Part shown: positions 9,057-18,474 of the stretch, piece after piece | Position numbering within the stretch: the stretch's first letter is position 1 | How the letters are laid out: the number at the start of each line of letters is the position of its first letter | Source: Clostridia bacterium | Lineage (GTDB): Bacteria > Bacillota > Clostridia > Saccharofermentanales > Saccharofermentanaceae | NCBI GenBank assembly: GCA_024403775.1 | Contig: JAKSRE010000008.1 | Coordinates: 22,096-86,095, forward strand | Reading direction: 5' to 3' | Length of the DNA stretch: 64,000 nt | Translations under genes and position numbers: made by a program | The notes under the pieces: model-generated | Seen by the model: the letters and a program-made list of their open reading frames with translations, nothing else | The model's database searches: none | Told to the model about the DNA's origin: nothing

Positions 9057-9464
9057 ATGGCAACAACAGATATGAAGTGCCCTAACTGTATGGGCGAGAT
9101 GATTAATAAAGAGGCAGAAGGATTTTATGAGTGTCCTTTCTGTGGTTCAAAGCAGATGATTGTTGAATCTGAAGCAGTTAAGAAGAAGCGTCTTGAGAAT
9201 GAAGCCCAGAAGGAGAGACTTGAGGCTGAGGATATTCGCCATAAGCGTGAGCAGGAATACAGCCTTAAGAAAGAAGAACTTAACACAACAGTTAAGAGCA
9301 TAAGAGAGACGGCTGGCGCTATTAACAGCGGAATGGATCTTATTAATCAGGGCAATCAGATGATTAATAAAGCAGAAATGTTTATTAAGAAGGTCATTAT
9401 GGCTATTGTTCTGGGTATAGCTGCGATTGTATTCTTGATCGTGGCATGTAATATTCTTACATGA
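9057..9464 (+). CDS. hypothetical zinc-ribbon / coiled-coil protein with C-terminal membrane anchor
   Basis: A CPNC..CPFC zinc ribbon, a charged coiled-coil region, and a C-terminal TM (IMAIVLGIAAIVFLIVACNIL). RBS agaggt upstream. Confidence 0.6.
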   Translation: MATTDMKCPNCMGEMINKEAEGFYECPFCGSKQMIVESEAVKKKRLENEAQKERLEAEDIRHKREQEYSLKKEELNTTVKSIRETAGAINSGMDLINQGNQMINKAEMFIKKVIMAIVLGIAAIVFLIVACNILT

Positions 9465-9553
9465 GAATCATGTAATCTAATCTCCTTACATAATAATTAG
9501 ATATAGAAAATTATTCTTTTCGAACAAAGTGAAATTAAATAAAAATAAATGAA

Positions 9554-9592
9554 AACAAGTGAATTGACAAATGTCGGTTCACTTGTTATTAT
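9554..9592 (+). promoter_or_regulatory. candidate promoter (TTGACA-17-TATTAT) embedded in a perfect 10-bp inverted repeat, a likely DeoR operator
   Basis: aacaagtgaa (9554-9563) and ttcacttgtt (9578-9587) are exact reverse complements and flank ttgaca at 9564-9569. tattat lies at 9587-9592. A third half-site-like aacaaagtgaa lies at 9523-9533. Confidence 0.5.
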
Positions 9593-9600
9593 TTCACGGT

Positions 9601-10374
9601 ATGATTAATTTGGAACGACGCAAAAGAATTCTTGATATTCTGGCTGAGGAAGGAAATATTAAGACTCTCGACTTGTCAGACCGCCTTGGTGTAACAGGCG
9701 CGACAATTAGAACAGATTTGAGAGACCTTGCCAGAGAAGGCGCCATCGTGAGATATCACGGCGGTGTTAGTCTCCCTAATTCAAAATTTAATGATGTTGG
9801 TGAGAACTATATGGTTCGTTCCATTCAGCATGTAGAACTTAAAAATATTATTGGTAGAGAGGCTGCAAAGCTTGTTGGCACAGGAGATACTATCTTTATG
9901 GATGCCAGCTCTACTACTTCACACATGATTCCATATCTACGTTCAACAGAGAATGTAACTGTTATTACTAACGGTATTCATACAGCTATGGAACTTCAGC
10001 ATCACAGTTATTTTAAGTCAATTATCCTTTTAGGCGGAATGCTAAGACCTCATTCTGGTGCCATCGAGGGCGTTATGAGCCGTGAGCAGATTACCAGACT
10101 TTCAGGAGATTATTACTTTGTATCAGGTAATGGATTCTCAGTAGAGGGCGGACTTACTGGTAATAACTTCTTTGAACTTGAGCTTAAGAGAATGTGCGCT
10201 GAGAGATCAAAGCACATCGTTGCTCTGGTGGATTCAACCAAAATTGGTATAGATTCTGCTTCAAGATTTATTCCTACAGAGAGAATCGATTATCTGATTA
10301 CCGACAGTGGTATCGATGAGGAGACTGTAAAGGCTGTTAAGAGCAAGGGAATCAATGTAATTATTGCCGAGTGA
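9601..10374 (+). CDS. DeoR/GlpR family transcriptional regulator
   Basis: N-terminal DeoR HTH (RKRILDILAEEGNIKTLDLSDRLGVTGATIRTDLRDL) plus a DeoR C-terminal sensor domain. The track start 9571 overlaps the operator/promoter, so ATG 9601 is preferred. Confidence 0.85.
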   Translation: MINLERRKRILDILAEEGNIKTLDLSDRLGVTGATIRTDLRDLAREGAIVRYHGGVSLPNSKFNDVGENYMVRSIQHVELKNIIGREAAKLVGTGDTIFMDASSTTSHMIPYLRSTENVTVITNGIHTAMELQHHSYFKSIILLGGMLRPHSGAIEGVMSREQITRLSGDYYFVSGNGFSVEGGLTGNNFFELELKRMCAERSKHIVALVDSTKIGIDSASRFIPTERIDYLITDSGIDEETVKAVKSKGINVIIAE

Positions 10375-10514
10375 TAAAGGCTACCTTTTTTATCTCAATA
10401 TAAAGCAATTTGTACTTGTTTGTTGTATAATTATAGTGAATTAGTGCGTTTATACCCTTTTACAGAAAACGATACTATTTCACCCAAATTTTAGACATAA
10501 ACAAGGAAAATAAT

Positions 10515-12818
10515 ATGCTTAGAAATTCAATTATTTTGCCAGACTGGCTTGATAACAAAACAATATTTCAGCAGGGTATCCCTTTTGTAATTGAAGGTAC
10601 AGCGCCAAGCAGCGCGACGGTTACTTTGGAGATTATCAAAGATCCAACAGATGGTAAGAGCGTATCCAAGCTCGATACAGACTACGGAGTTATCTTAAGT
10701 CTCGAGACTACAACTTCCCAGAAGGGTAAGTTCAAATTCACAGTACCTGCATACAAGGCATCTCTTGATGCATATACATTTGTTTTCACTTGTTTATCAG
10801 ATACCAAGAAGATTACAGATCTTCGATGCGGCGACGTCTGGGTTTTCCTTGGCTCAGATTTCCTGTCTATTCCTATGAATAAATCTCAGGCTCCACAGAT
10901 TCCTTTCAAGCGTAAGGTAATGGAGTTGATTAGATTCTTTAAGCCAAACCGTAATGGCCTTGAAGCAGGAGAGAAGAATATTTCTTTCGAGCCAAAGGAG
11001 CATTTCAAAGATTCAAAGTGGCTTAAAATAACTGATACTACTGAATTAGCAGAAGTATCTTCTTCTGTATTTGCTTTTGCATATTCTCTTGCAGATCAGA
11101 TTCATTATCCTGTGGGAATTGTGGACCTTGCTTATGAGAATTCTTCGATCATCAACTGGATTTCCAGAGATTCTATTAATGGAATTACTGCTCTTAGCGA
11201 TTACCTTGAAAGTCTCGGCTTAAATCTTGATGAAGAGAAATATAAAAAGCAGCTAACCCTTGAATTGAATAAGGAGAAGGCAGAGAAGCTTCGAAAGGAG
11301 ATTAAAGAGAGTAATAGTCATTTTGATTTCGATCTCTCCAAAGATCTCGAGTTATCAAAACTTACAGGTAAATCGACTTCAGATAATAGCGGCTTAAGCC
11401 TTGATTTTCCAACTTCTGATGCTTCAACTCTTGCTAATCCAGGAACTAAAACAGAAACGACTGAAGATAGTAAAGAGAATGCTGAGAATAAAGATAAAGA
11501 GGCTTCATCAAATTCTAATGTTCAGTCAATGACTAGACAGCTTGATTTTACATTTGATGTGCCTTCAAGCTTCAAGGAAGAAGACGCAAAGGGTGATTTA
11601 ATTCCACTAATTAAGCGTAACAGCATAATGTATAACAGTAAGCTTAGTCCGCTTAAGGGTATGACCATCAGAGGAATGTGTTTCTCCCCTAATAAGACTG
11701 AACTTATCTATGACAGATATGACCTTCTTCTCATGGGACTTCTCGATACTTTGATGAGTGTTTTCGAGCCTCATGAAGTTGAGGATATGGATTCTATGCC
11801 ATCACTTTTATTCCTGGCTATGCATCCGAATAATGTTCCTTTCGATAACCCATACAGAGTTCTTGAATTTAACGAAGAATTGCTCATATTTACACATAAA
11901 CTTATGATGCCTACATCAATAGTTTCATGTCATGATTTGCTTCTTCCTGATAAGACAAAGAGCTTTGTTATTGGAACAAGATTATCAGTTGTAGCTTTGG
12001 GTATTCACTTTACAGAGAAACTTCCAAAGGCTTCTCCAACCTGTGCTGGCGTGGAGAGAGCAGGTAATAAATTAATAGTAACTTTTGACAACATTGGAGA
12101 CGGATTAAAGCTTGATGAGGGTGAACAGGTATTAAGAGGATTCTCTATCTGTGGCGAAGACCGAATCTTCCACCCAGCTAATGCGATAATTCTTCACGGT
12201 GTACGTGTAATGGTATGGAGAGATGACATACTTGAGCCAGTTGGAGTAACTTATGGCTTCTCACCAATACCACATGAAGCAAGATTTAAGAACCTAAGTG
12301 GCCTTCCTGTATTGCCATTTAGAATGGATCGTAATCCATCCTTCTATGCTTCAGACCTTAACTTTGCTTCCTGCGATAAACTGACTTTTATCGGTAAGAA
12401 GAATAAGGATTCTGAGTTTGAAGAACTTAAGGTATTCAGAAGCTTTAAAGGTAATGGTGTTATTGCAACAGATATGCTTCATAAAACTGAAGGTGAGGCT
12501 TCAATTAAGATTCAGTATGAGACAGAGAATTCTCTTTACGGATTTGAGCCTTGTCTTGAATATGCATCACTCTTTGCGCCTCTCGAGGTACAGGGTAAAC
12601 GCTATATCTTAATGGATGTCTTTAATCCAGAAGAGAAGACAAAGAGAATCAGTGTTAAGGGCTTTATTGGTGTAGCAGAACTTGCACCAAGACTAGACTG
12701 GCAGATGGTTAAACTTGAGTTTAATGGTAATGTTATTAAGCTTGATGAACTTAAGATTACTATTGAGGACAAGAGTCGAACAGGTGAGATTTATATCGAT
12801 AATATTCGATTTGTATAA
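10515..12818 (+). CDS. sialate O-acetylesterase-like (SASA/DUF303-type) protein lacking the GQSNM nucleophile motif and carrying a low-complexity insert
   Basis: 767 aa. The N-terminal layout (LPDWL..IFQQGIPFVIEGTA..GDVWVFLGSDF) and the C-terminal block (RGFSICGEDRIFHPANA..GLPVLPFRMD) parallel sialate O-acetylesterases as I recall them. GSDFL occupies the place of GQSNM. Confidence 0.55.
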   Translation: MLRNSIILPDWLDNKTIFQQGIPFVIEGTAPSSATVTLEIIKDPTDGKSVSKLDTDYGVILSLETTTSQKGKFKFTVPAYKASLDAYTFVFTCLSDTKKITDLRCGDVWVFLGSDFLSIPMNKSQAPQIPFKRKVMELIRFFKPNRNGLEAGEKNISFEPKEHFKDSKWLKITDTTELAEVSSSVFAFAYSLADQIHYPVGIVDLAYENSSIINWISRDSINGITALSDYLESLGLNLDEEKYKKQLTLELNKEKAEKLRKEIKESNSHFDFDLSKDLELSKLTGKSTSDNSGLSLDFPTSDASTLANPGTKTETTEDSKENAENKDKEASSNSNVQSMTRQLDFTFDVPSSFKEEDAKGDLIPLIKRNSIMYNSKLSPLKGMTIRGMCFSPNKTELIYDRYDLLLMGLLDTLMSVFEPHEVEDMDSMPSLLFLAMHPNNVPFDNPYRVLEFNEELLIFTHKLMMPTSIVSCHDLLLPDKTKSFVIGTRLSVVALGIHFTEKLPKASPTCAGVERAGNKLIVTFDNIGDGLKLDEGEQVLRGFSICGEDRIFHPANAIILHGVRVMVWRDDILEPVGVTYGFSPIPHEARFKNLSGLPVLPFRMDRNPSFYASDLNFASCDKLTFIGKKNKDSEFEELKVFRSFKGNGVIATDMLHKTEGEASIKIQYETENSLYGFEPCLEYASLFAPLEVQGKRYILMDVFNPEEKTKRISVKGFIGVAELAPRLDWQMVKLEFNGNVIKLDELKITIEDKSRTGEIYIDNIRFV

Positions 12819-12860
12819 ATATTGATAGATATCTATATAAAATATAAAGGAGTTAATAAT

Positions 12861-13868
12861 ATGCTGGACGATTTAGTTAAGGTTTTAGAAAATGGCGTCT
12901 TATCAGCAACAGGTGTAGTACCTGTAGTGTTTGAAGGCATCGAGCATACTATTGAGAAGAAGACACCAGTAGCAAAAGCAAGTAAACATACTTCTCACGA
13001 ACTCCTATATCTACGTAACGGAAACTGCGAATTTACTATTGATGGCAAGACTTTTATGCTTGAGAAGGGTTCTACTCTTATCATCAGACCAAACGCAGTT
13101 CATACAGTAAGAGTTCCTGGTGATGTTGCTGATATGTTTGTTTTGTATTTTGGTTTTTCCAAGGATATCGATAGTATAAATCGTAAGGATAACCCAACAG
13201 ATAAAGTTGTTCAGGATAAGACTAAACCACATAGTGGCCCAAGTGTAAGAGTTCCAGCTCTTCTTGCACAGACTTCTCTTGAGAGCTTTATGAACTTCGT
13301 TACTGGTGATGGCGAAGATGAGGAAGAGGAAGTAAGTTCATACATTATTATCTCTGGTAAGCATCAGGATACGATAAGAAATATTGTTGAGAAGATAGTT
13401 GTAGAAAATACCGAGAATCAGTATTCCAAGGATTTAATGATGCAGATTCTTACTATTGAACTTATGGTTACACTCTCACGTGCAATCAGACAGGAGTGGG
13501 AGGAGAGCCTTAGAGTTAAAAACGGTAAGGCAAGAGAACTCGTCTTTATTGCAAAAGAATATATTGATCAGAATTTTGAGCGTGGAATATCTGTTAATGA
13601 AGCGGCAGCTTATGTATTTTTGAGCCAGGGATATTTTACACGTGCCTTTCGAGATGAACTGGGTATAAGCCCGATGAAGTATCTCATGCAGAAGAGAATT
13701 ACATATGCCTGTGAGCTTTTGAAAGAAAATGAGATTAAAGTATCTGGAATAGCTTCTAAGGCTGGTTTTTCTAGTCCACAGCGATTTAATGTAGCTTTTC
13801 GTAAGCATATGGGCATGACTCCTATGGAATACAGATATGCCCACTTAAATGATAAGGAGAATAAGTAA
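12861..13868 (+). CDS. AraC family transcriptional regulator (cupin sensor + AraC HTH)
   Basis: C-terminal double HTH ([42 protein letters not shown]). The start is moved to ATG 12861, behind aaggag. Confidence 0.88.
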   Translation: MLDDLVKVLENGVLSATGVVPVVFEGIEHTIEKKTPVAKASKHTSHELLYLRNGNCEFTIDGKTFMLEKGSTLIIRPNAVHTVRVPGDVADMFVLYFGFSKDIDSINRKDNPTDKVVQDKTKPHSGPSVRVPALLAQTSLESFMNFVTGDGEDEEEEVSSYIIISGKHQDTIRNIVEKIVVENTENQYSKDLMMQILTIELMVTLSRAIRQEWEESLRVKNGKARELVFIAKEYIDQNFERGISVNEAAAYVFLSQGYFTRAFRDELGISPMKYLMQKRITYACELLKENEIKVSGIASKAGFSSPQRFNVAFRKHMGMTPMEYRYAHLNDKENK

Positions 13869-13873
13869 GTAAT

Positions 13874-14491
13874 ATGTACGATTATGACAGTGATTTTAAG
13901 ATACCTGAAGAGAGCCGTAAGGGAATGGACCTTCAAAAGATTGAGCAGGCTGTACGAATGATTCTGGAAGGAATAGGTGAGGATCCAGACAGAGAAGGTC
14001 TTAAGGATACGCCTCAGAGAGTTACCAGAATGTATGCCGAGGTTTTTGCAGGCCTTCATAGAGACATTACTCAGGATATTAAGGTGTTTACCGAGAAGGG
14101 TAACGATGAGATGATTCTTATCGGAGATATTCCATTTTATTCAATGTGCGAGCATCACCTTCTTCCTTTCCACGGTAAGGCTCATGTTGTATATATTCCT
14201 AAGGACGGTAAGATTCTTGGTCTTTCGAAGGTAGCGAGAATTGTAGATACTTTATCTAAAAAGCCACAGCTTCAGGAGAGACTTACTTCTGAGATTGCAG
14301 ATAAGATTATCGAAGCAGTCGATGCTAATTCCTGCTGCGTTGTAATTGAGGCAGAGCATCTTTGTATGACTATGAGAGGTATCAAAAAGCCTGGTTCAAG
14401 AACTGTAACTTCGGCTATGCGTGGTGGCTGTCGTACTGATGCAAGAACACGTAATGAGGCACTCGCCTTAATTAACAGACCACGTAATTAA
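13874..14491 (+). CDS. folE: GTP cyclohydrolase I
   Basis: 205 aa. CEHHLLPF and GLSK..QERLT motifs. Sits in an operon with folP and folBK. Confidence 0.93.
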   Translation: MYDYDSDFKIPEESRKGMDLQKIEQAVRMILEGIGEDPDREGLKDTPQRVTRMYAEVFAGLHRDITQDIKVFTEKGNDEMILIGDIPFYSMCEHHLLPFHGKAHVVYIPKDGKILGLSKVARIVDTLSKKPQLQERLTSEIADKIIEAVDANSCCVVIEAEHLCMTMRGIKKPGSRTVTSAMRGGCRTDARTRNEALALINRPRN

Positions 14492-14503
14492 GGAGCAGTA
14501 TAG

Positions 14504-15331
14504 ATGAATCATTATAGTGGCGTAATTAAATGTCGTGACAAAAGTCTTGTTTTTGATGGAAAGCACACAAAGATAATGGGTATCCTTAATGTGACCCCAG
14601 ACTCTTTTTCGGATGGCGGACTTAATAATTCAGTTGATTCAGCTGTAAGAGCTGCCGTAAAGATGTTTGAGGCAGGTGCCGAGATTATTGACATCGGTGG
14701 AGAATCAACAAGACCTGGATATGAACCAGTATCTGCTGAAGAAGAACAGGAGAGAGTCTGTTCTGTTTTGGGTAAGATTATATCTGAGACAGATGCGATT
14801 ATTTCTATCGATACAACAAAGCCTTCTGTAGCAAGAGCTGCACTTAATGAGGGAGCTCATATTATAAATGACGTTAATGGCTTTAATCTTGATGAGATGA
14901 TTCAGGTGGTAAAGGAATATGACTGCTGCTCAATCGCGATGTTTAATAACCGCTTTTATGAGAATCCTGTTACCCCGATAACAAAAAGATATGAGGATTT
15001 TGTAAAAGACAGAGTAGCAAAAATTAAGTCTAATCTTATCTTGGATCCAGGTATCGGATTTGGAACAGTTCCAGAAGAAGATATCGCTTTAATAAGACAT
15101 ACAAATAAAATCCATGAGATCTCTTCAATGCCAGTTCTTCTTGCGCTCTCCCGTAAAAGAATGATTGGCGCGTATATGGAGAGAACCTCAACTCCTCTTG
15201 AACGTGATAAAGGAACAATTGGCGCTAACCTTGCAGGAATTGTTCATGGCGCAGATATCATTCGCGTTCATGATGTAGAAGGTGCTTCTGACAGCATAAG
15301 ACTTTGGAACAAAATAATGTTGGAGGAATAA
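14504..15331 (+). CDS. folP: dihydropteroate synthase
   Basis: GILNVTPDSFSDGG and DIGGESTRPG motifs. Confidence 0.93.
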   Translation: MNHYSGVIKCRDKSLVFDGKHTKIMGILNVTPDSFSDGGLNNSVDSAVRAAVKMFEAGAEIIDIGGESTRPGYEPVSAEEEQERVCSVLGKIISETDAIISIDTTKPSVARAALNEGAHIINDVNGFNLDEMIQVVKEYDCCSIAMFNNRFYENPVTPITKRYEDFVKDRVAKIKSNLILDPGIGFGTVPEEDIALIRHTNKIHEISSMPVLLALSRKRMIGAYMERTSTPLERDKGTIGANLAGIVHGADIIRVHDVEGASDSIRLWNKIMLEE

Positions 15332-15334
15332 GTT

Positions 15335-16144
15335 TTGGATTATATTTTGTTATCGAAAATGAAGTTTTACGGCCACACAGGTTGCTTCGAAGAGGAAAAA
15401 CAAAATGGCCAGACTTTTTATGTAACTGTAAGACTTGGAATAGATTCAATCTTAGGATCTTATACCGACGAATTAGAGGACACAGTAAACTACGCTGAAG
15501 TTTATGAGATTTGTAAGTCTATAGTTACTACATATAGTAATAACCTCATAGAATATCTCGCTGGTAAAATCGCAGATAAAATTCTCGAATTTGATTCAAG
15601 AATAGATGAAGCGGAGGTAACCGTATCTAAGCCTGAGGCTCCTGTAAATGGTGAGTTTGAGACCATGGCGGTAACTATAACAAGACATAAAAAACAGGAA
15701 GTATATCTGTCTTTGGGAAGTAATATCGGAGATAAGATGGAAAATCTTAGAACGGCCCTAGAGATAATCAAGAATAATCCCAGAATCTCAGATGTCAGAG
15801 TGTCAAACGTATATGAGACAGAGCCTTGGGGATATAAAAACCAGGATAAATTTTATAATATCTGTGTGGGATTAAAGACTGATATTGAACCTTCAAAACT
15901 TATTTTATTTACTCAGTCTATTGAGAAAAATATGCACAGGGTAAAAACGATAGTAAATGGCCCGCGTAATATCGATGTTGATATATTAACTTATGGCGAT
16001 TTATCTGTTAATTTACCTAATCTTCAGATTCCTCATCCACGAATGAATGAGCGTGCATTCGTACTTGTTCCACTTAAGGAATTGACCGAAGTTAATATTC
16101 CGATTCCTGATGAAGAAACAGTAAATAGAATTGGTGAACTATAG
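15335..16144 (+). CDS. folK: bifunctional dihydroneopterin aldolase / 6-hydroxymethyl-7,8-dihydropterin pyrophosphokinase (FolB-FolK fusion)
   Basis: N-terminal FolB-like segment (KFYGHTGCFEEEKQNGQTF) and C-terminal HPPK motifs (YLSLGSNIGD, ETEPWG, HPRMNERAFVLVPL). TTG start. Confidence 0.88.
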   Translation: MDYILLSKMKFYGHTGCFEEEKQNGQTFYVTVRLGIDSILGSYTDELEDTVNYAEVYEICKSIVTTYSNNLIEYLAGKIADKILEFDSRIDEAEVTVSKPEAPVNGEFETMAVTITRHKKQEVYLSLGSNIGDKMENLRTALEIIKNNPRISDVRVSNVYETEPWGYKNQDKFYNICVGLKTDIEPSKLILFTQSIEKNMHRVKTIVNGPRNIDVDILTYGDLSVNLPNLQIPHPRMNERAFVLVPLKELTEVNIPIPDEETVNRIGEL

Positions 16145-16240
16145 AATTGGAGTTTAAAGCGGATTTATTATATAATTAAATTTAGTGTCAAATTGACTAG
16201 GTAGTTTATTTCCAGTCAATTGAAAGGAAGAATAGTATCT

Positions 16241-16786
16241 ATGGAAGAAAACACAAATAAGAATGCAGCAGCAAATAATGCTACTACAAACAACAATGGC
16301 GGCAACAACCAGCCACGTAATAACAATAATCGCAATAGAAACCGCAATCACTATCGCAATAATAACCACCGTAATAACAACAATAATGGTGGCGCTTCTT
16401 CTAATAATCAGCAGGGCGAGCATAAGAATGCACAAAATAATGGTGATAGAAGCGAGAATAAGAAGAATCAGAACAATAACAACAATAATAACAACAATAG
16501 TAACAAGGAACGCAATAATAATCAGGGACAGAATTCCTCTAACAATAATCGTTCCAATTCTTCAAACGGCGAGGCAAATGCTAATAATAACCAGAACCAT
16601 AAGAAGAATAATAACTATCGTAACAACAAGAATCATTATAACGAGAACAGACCTCGTAATAATAAAAATTACAATAAGCCAGCTAAGTCTGAAGAGACAA
16701 CAGAGGATATCAAGCTTGACTGCGACAGAATCGAGAAGGAAATCTGGCTTGAGATTGCTCGTATGCGCTCAGTAAAACTCGACTAA
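16241..16786 (+). CDS. hypothetical, extremely Asn-rich low-complexity protein with a short ordered C-terminal segment
   Basis: About 181 aa dominated by N plus R/K/Q/G/S (for example NNNNNNNNSNKERNNNQGQNSSNNNRSN), ending in DIKLDCDRIEKEIWLEIARMRSVKLD. ATG 16241 follows gaaaggaag. It sits between folBK and tmk with normal spacing. Confidence 0.6.
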   Translation: MEENTNKNAAANNATTNNNGGNNQPRNNNNRNRNRNHYRNNNHRNNNNNGGASSNNQQGEHKNAQNNGDRSENKKNQNNNNNNNNNSNKERNNNQGQNSSNNNRSNSSNGEANANNNQNHKKNNNYRNNKNHYNENRPRNNKNYNKPAKSEETTEDIKLDCDRIEKEIWLEIARMRSVKLD

Positions 16787-16798
16787 GGAGTTATAAAA

Positions 16799-17422
16799 AT
16801 GGCGACAGGTCTTTTAATCACTTTTGAAGGTATAGATGGCTGTGGTAAGAGTACCCAGCTTAACAAACTTGCTGACTGGTTCAAAAGTATGAATCGTGAG
16901 GTGCTCCTGATCAGAGAACCAGGAGGAACCACAATCGGAGAGAAAATCCGTACTATTCTTCTAGATAAGAAAAATGATGAGATGTGTTCAATAACTGAGC
17001 TTCTTTTATATGAGGCAGCGAGAGCACAGATTGTAAGTCAGGTAATAAGACCAGCTTTAAGTGAAGGCAAGATTATTATTTGTGACAGATTCTTTGATTC
17101 CACTTTCGCTTATCAGGGCTTTGCAAGAGGCCTCGGAAGTGACATGGTAGAGGGATTAAATAAAATAGCTACAGAAGGTCTTAATCCAGATATTACCTTT
17201 CTTTTGGATATAACAGCTGAGGAAGCTCTGAAGCGCCGCATGGGCAGAGGAGAAGCTGAGGACAGACTTGAAGCAATGGGAATAAAATTTCAGCAGGATG
17301 TTCGCGAAGGATATCTTAAGATTGCTTCCAAGGATTCAAGAATTAAGACTATTGATGCCTCGAAGGGTATAGATGAGATTTTTGATGACATACTCTCTGA
17401 GATTAAGAAGGAGATAAAGTAA
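16799..17422 (+). CDS. tmk: thymidylate kinase
   Basis: P-loop FEGIDGCGKSTQ and the DRFFDSTFAYQG motif. Confidence 0.94.
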   Translation: MATGLLITFEGIDGCGKSTQLNKLADWFKSMNREVLLIREPGGTTIGEKIRTILLDKKNDEMCSITELLLYEAARAQIVSQVIRPALSEGKIIICDRFFDSTFAYQGFARGLGSDMVEGLNKIATEGLNPDITFLLDITAEEALKRRMGRGEAEDRLEAMGIKFQQDVREGYLKIASKDSRIKTIDASKGIDEIFDDILSEIKKEIK

Positions 17423-17423
17423 A

Positions 17424-18461
17424 GTGGCATTATCCAAGCTTGTTGGACAGAATAAACTTAAGACGAGACTCGGAAGTGTTATTACCAATTCCATGGGCCA
17501 TGCATTTATGTTCACGGGCCCAAAGAATATTGGTAAAGAGACTTTTGCTAGGGAACTGGCCAAAGGTATTTTATGCAGTAATCCAACTTCCGATGGAGGC
17601 TGTGACGACTGCGACAGCTGCAGATATTTTAATGCAGGAACTCATCCTGATTTTAGTATGCTTGGCTTTAAAGAAGGTTCCAAGAATATCAAAGTAGATG
17701 AGATTAGATCTTCAATTATTGAAGATGAGATTATAGCTCCTCATGCATCCAAGCACAAAGTTTATCTTATTAATGCAGATTTACTTAATAACGAGGGCCA
17801 GAATGCCCTTCTAAAGTCAATTGAAGAGCCACCTAAGAATGTTGTGTTTATTTTTACTGTGGCAGATAAGATAAAGCTTTTACCAACGGTTATATCAAGA
17901 TGCGAAGAGCTTAAGATTGAACTTTATTCTGAACTCGAGATAGAGAAAGCTCTTACTAATAAAATAGAAGAGAATAAAAACGAAGAGAATTCTGAATATT
18001 CGGGTATTGGGGAAGACAGGATCCGATTTTTCTCGATATTCGCCGCTGGAATTATCGGAAATGCCTTTGATCTTCTTACAGATAAAGAGTTTGAGGAATT
18101 ACGATTTAATGTAATGAGGATGATGTTTGCTCTGCCTTCAGCAACCTATACCAAGCTTTTGTATGAAGACTATAAATATATAGAAGAGAATAAGGACAGA
18201 ATGGATGAGATTTTACTTCTCATGCTGTGGTTTTTGGGAGATTGTGGTATCTTAATTAAGAATCCGGAAGCTAACATTAAGAATATGGATTCAAAGGACA
18301 GAATTCTCTCTTTCCTCAATAGTTACCCACAGTTCACGTTAGGTAAAGTCGGTAACTGTGCTGATGCTATAAATGAATATAGGAAGAATGCTCAAGTAAA
18401 TGCTAATTTTGAATGTTCCGTTGGCAATCTTCTTATAAGAATGAATAAGGAATTTAAATAA
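17424..18461 (+). CDS. holB: DNA polymerase III subunit delta'
   Basis: GHAFMFTGPKNIGKETFA, the zinc module CDDCDSC and NALLKSIEEPP. GTG start directly after the tmk stop. Confidence 0.88.
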   Translation: MALSKLVGQNKLKTRLGSVITNSMGHAFMFTGPKNIGKETFARELAKGILCSNPTSDGGCDDCDSCRYFNAGTHPDFSMLGFKEGSKNIKVDEIRSSIIEDEIIAPHASKHKVYLINADLLNNEGQNALLKSIEEPPKNVVFIFTVADKIKLLPTVISRCEELKIELYSELEIEKALTNKIEENKNEENSEYSGIGEDRIRFFSIFAAGIIGNAFDLLTDKEFEELRFNVMRMMFALPSATYTKLLYEDYKYIEENKDRMDEILLLMLWFLGDCGILIKNPEANIKNMDSKDRILSFLNSYPQFTLGKVGNCADAINEYRKNAQVNANFECSVGNLLIRMNKEFK

Positions 18462-18474
18462 TTAGGAGAATAAG

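Noticed and set aside
13869-13873. I expected a THF riboswitch or other leader upstream of the folate operon.
   Set aside because: folE starts 5 nt after the AraC-family gene stop, so there is no room for a riboswitch.
13476-14059. Minus-strand ORFs of 122 and 149 aa overlapping the AraC gene and folE.
   Set aside because: They are antisense to two well-supported genes and have no motifs or RBS, which is typical of AT-rich shadow ORFs.
16154-16775. Alternative-frame ORFs across the Asn-rich gene (16263-16775 on the + strand, 170 aa; 16154-16435 on the - strand, 93 aa).
   Set aside because: They stay open only because of the aat/aac-rich low-complexity DNA. They have no RBS and encode I/T-rich nonsense. 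The frame with an RBS and an ordered C-terminus is preferred.
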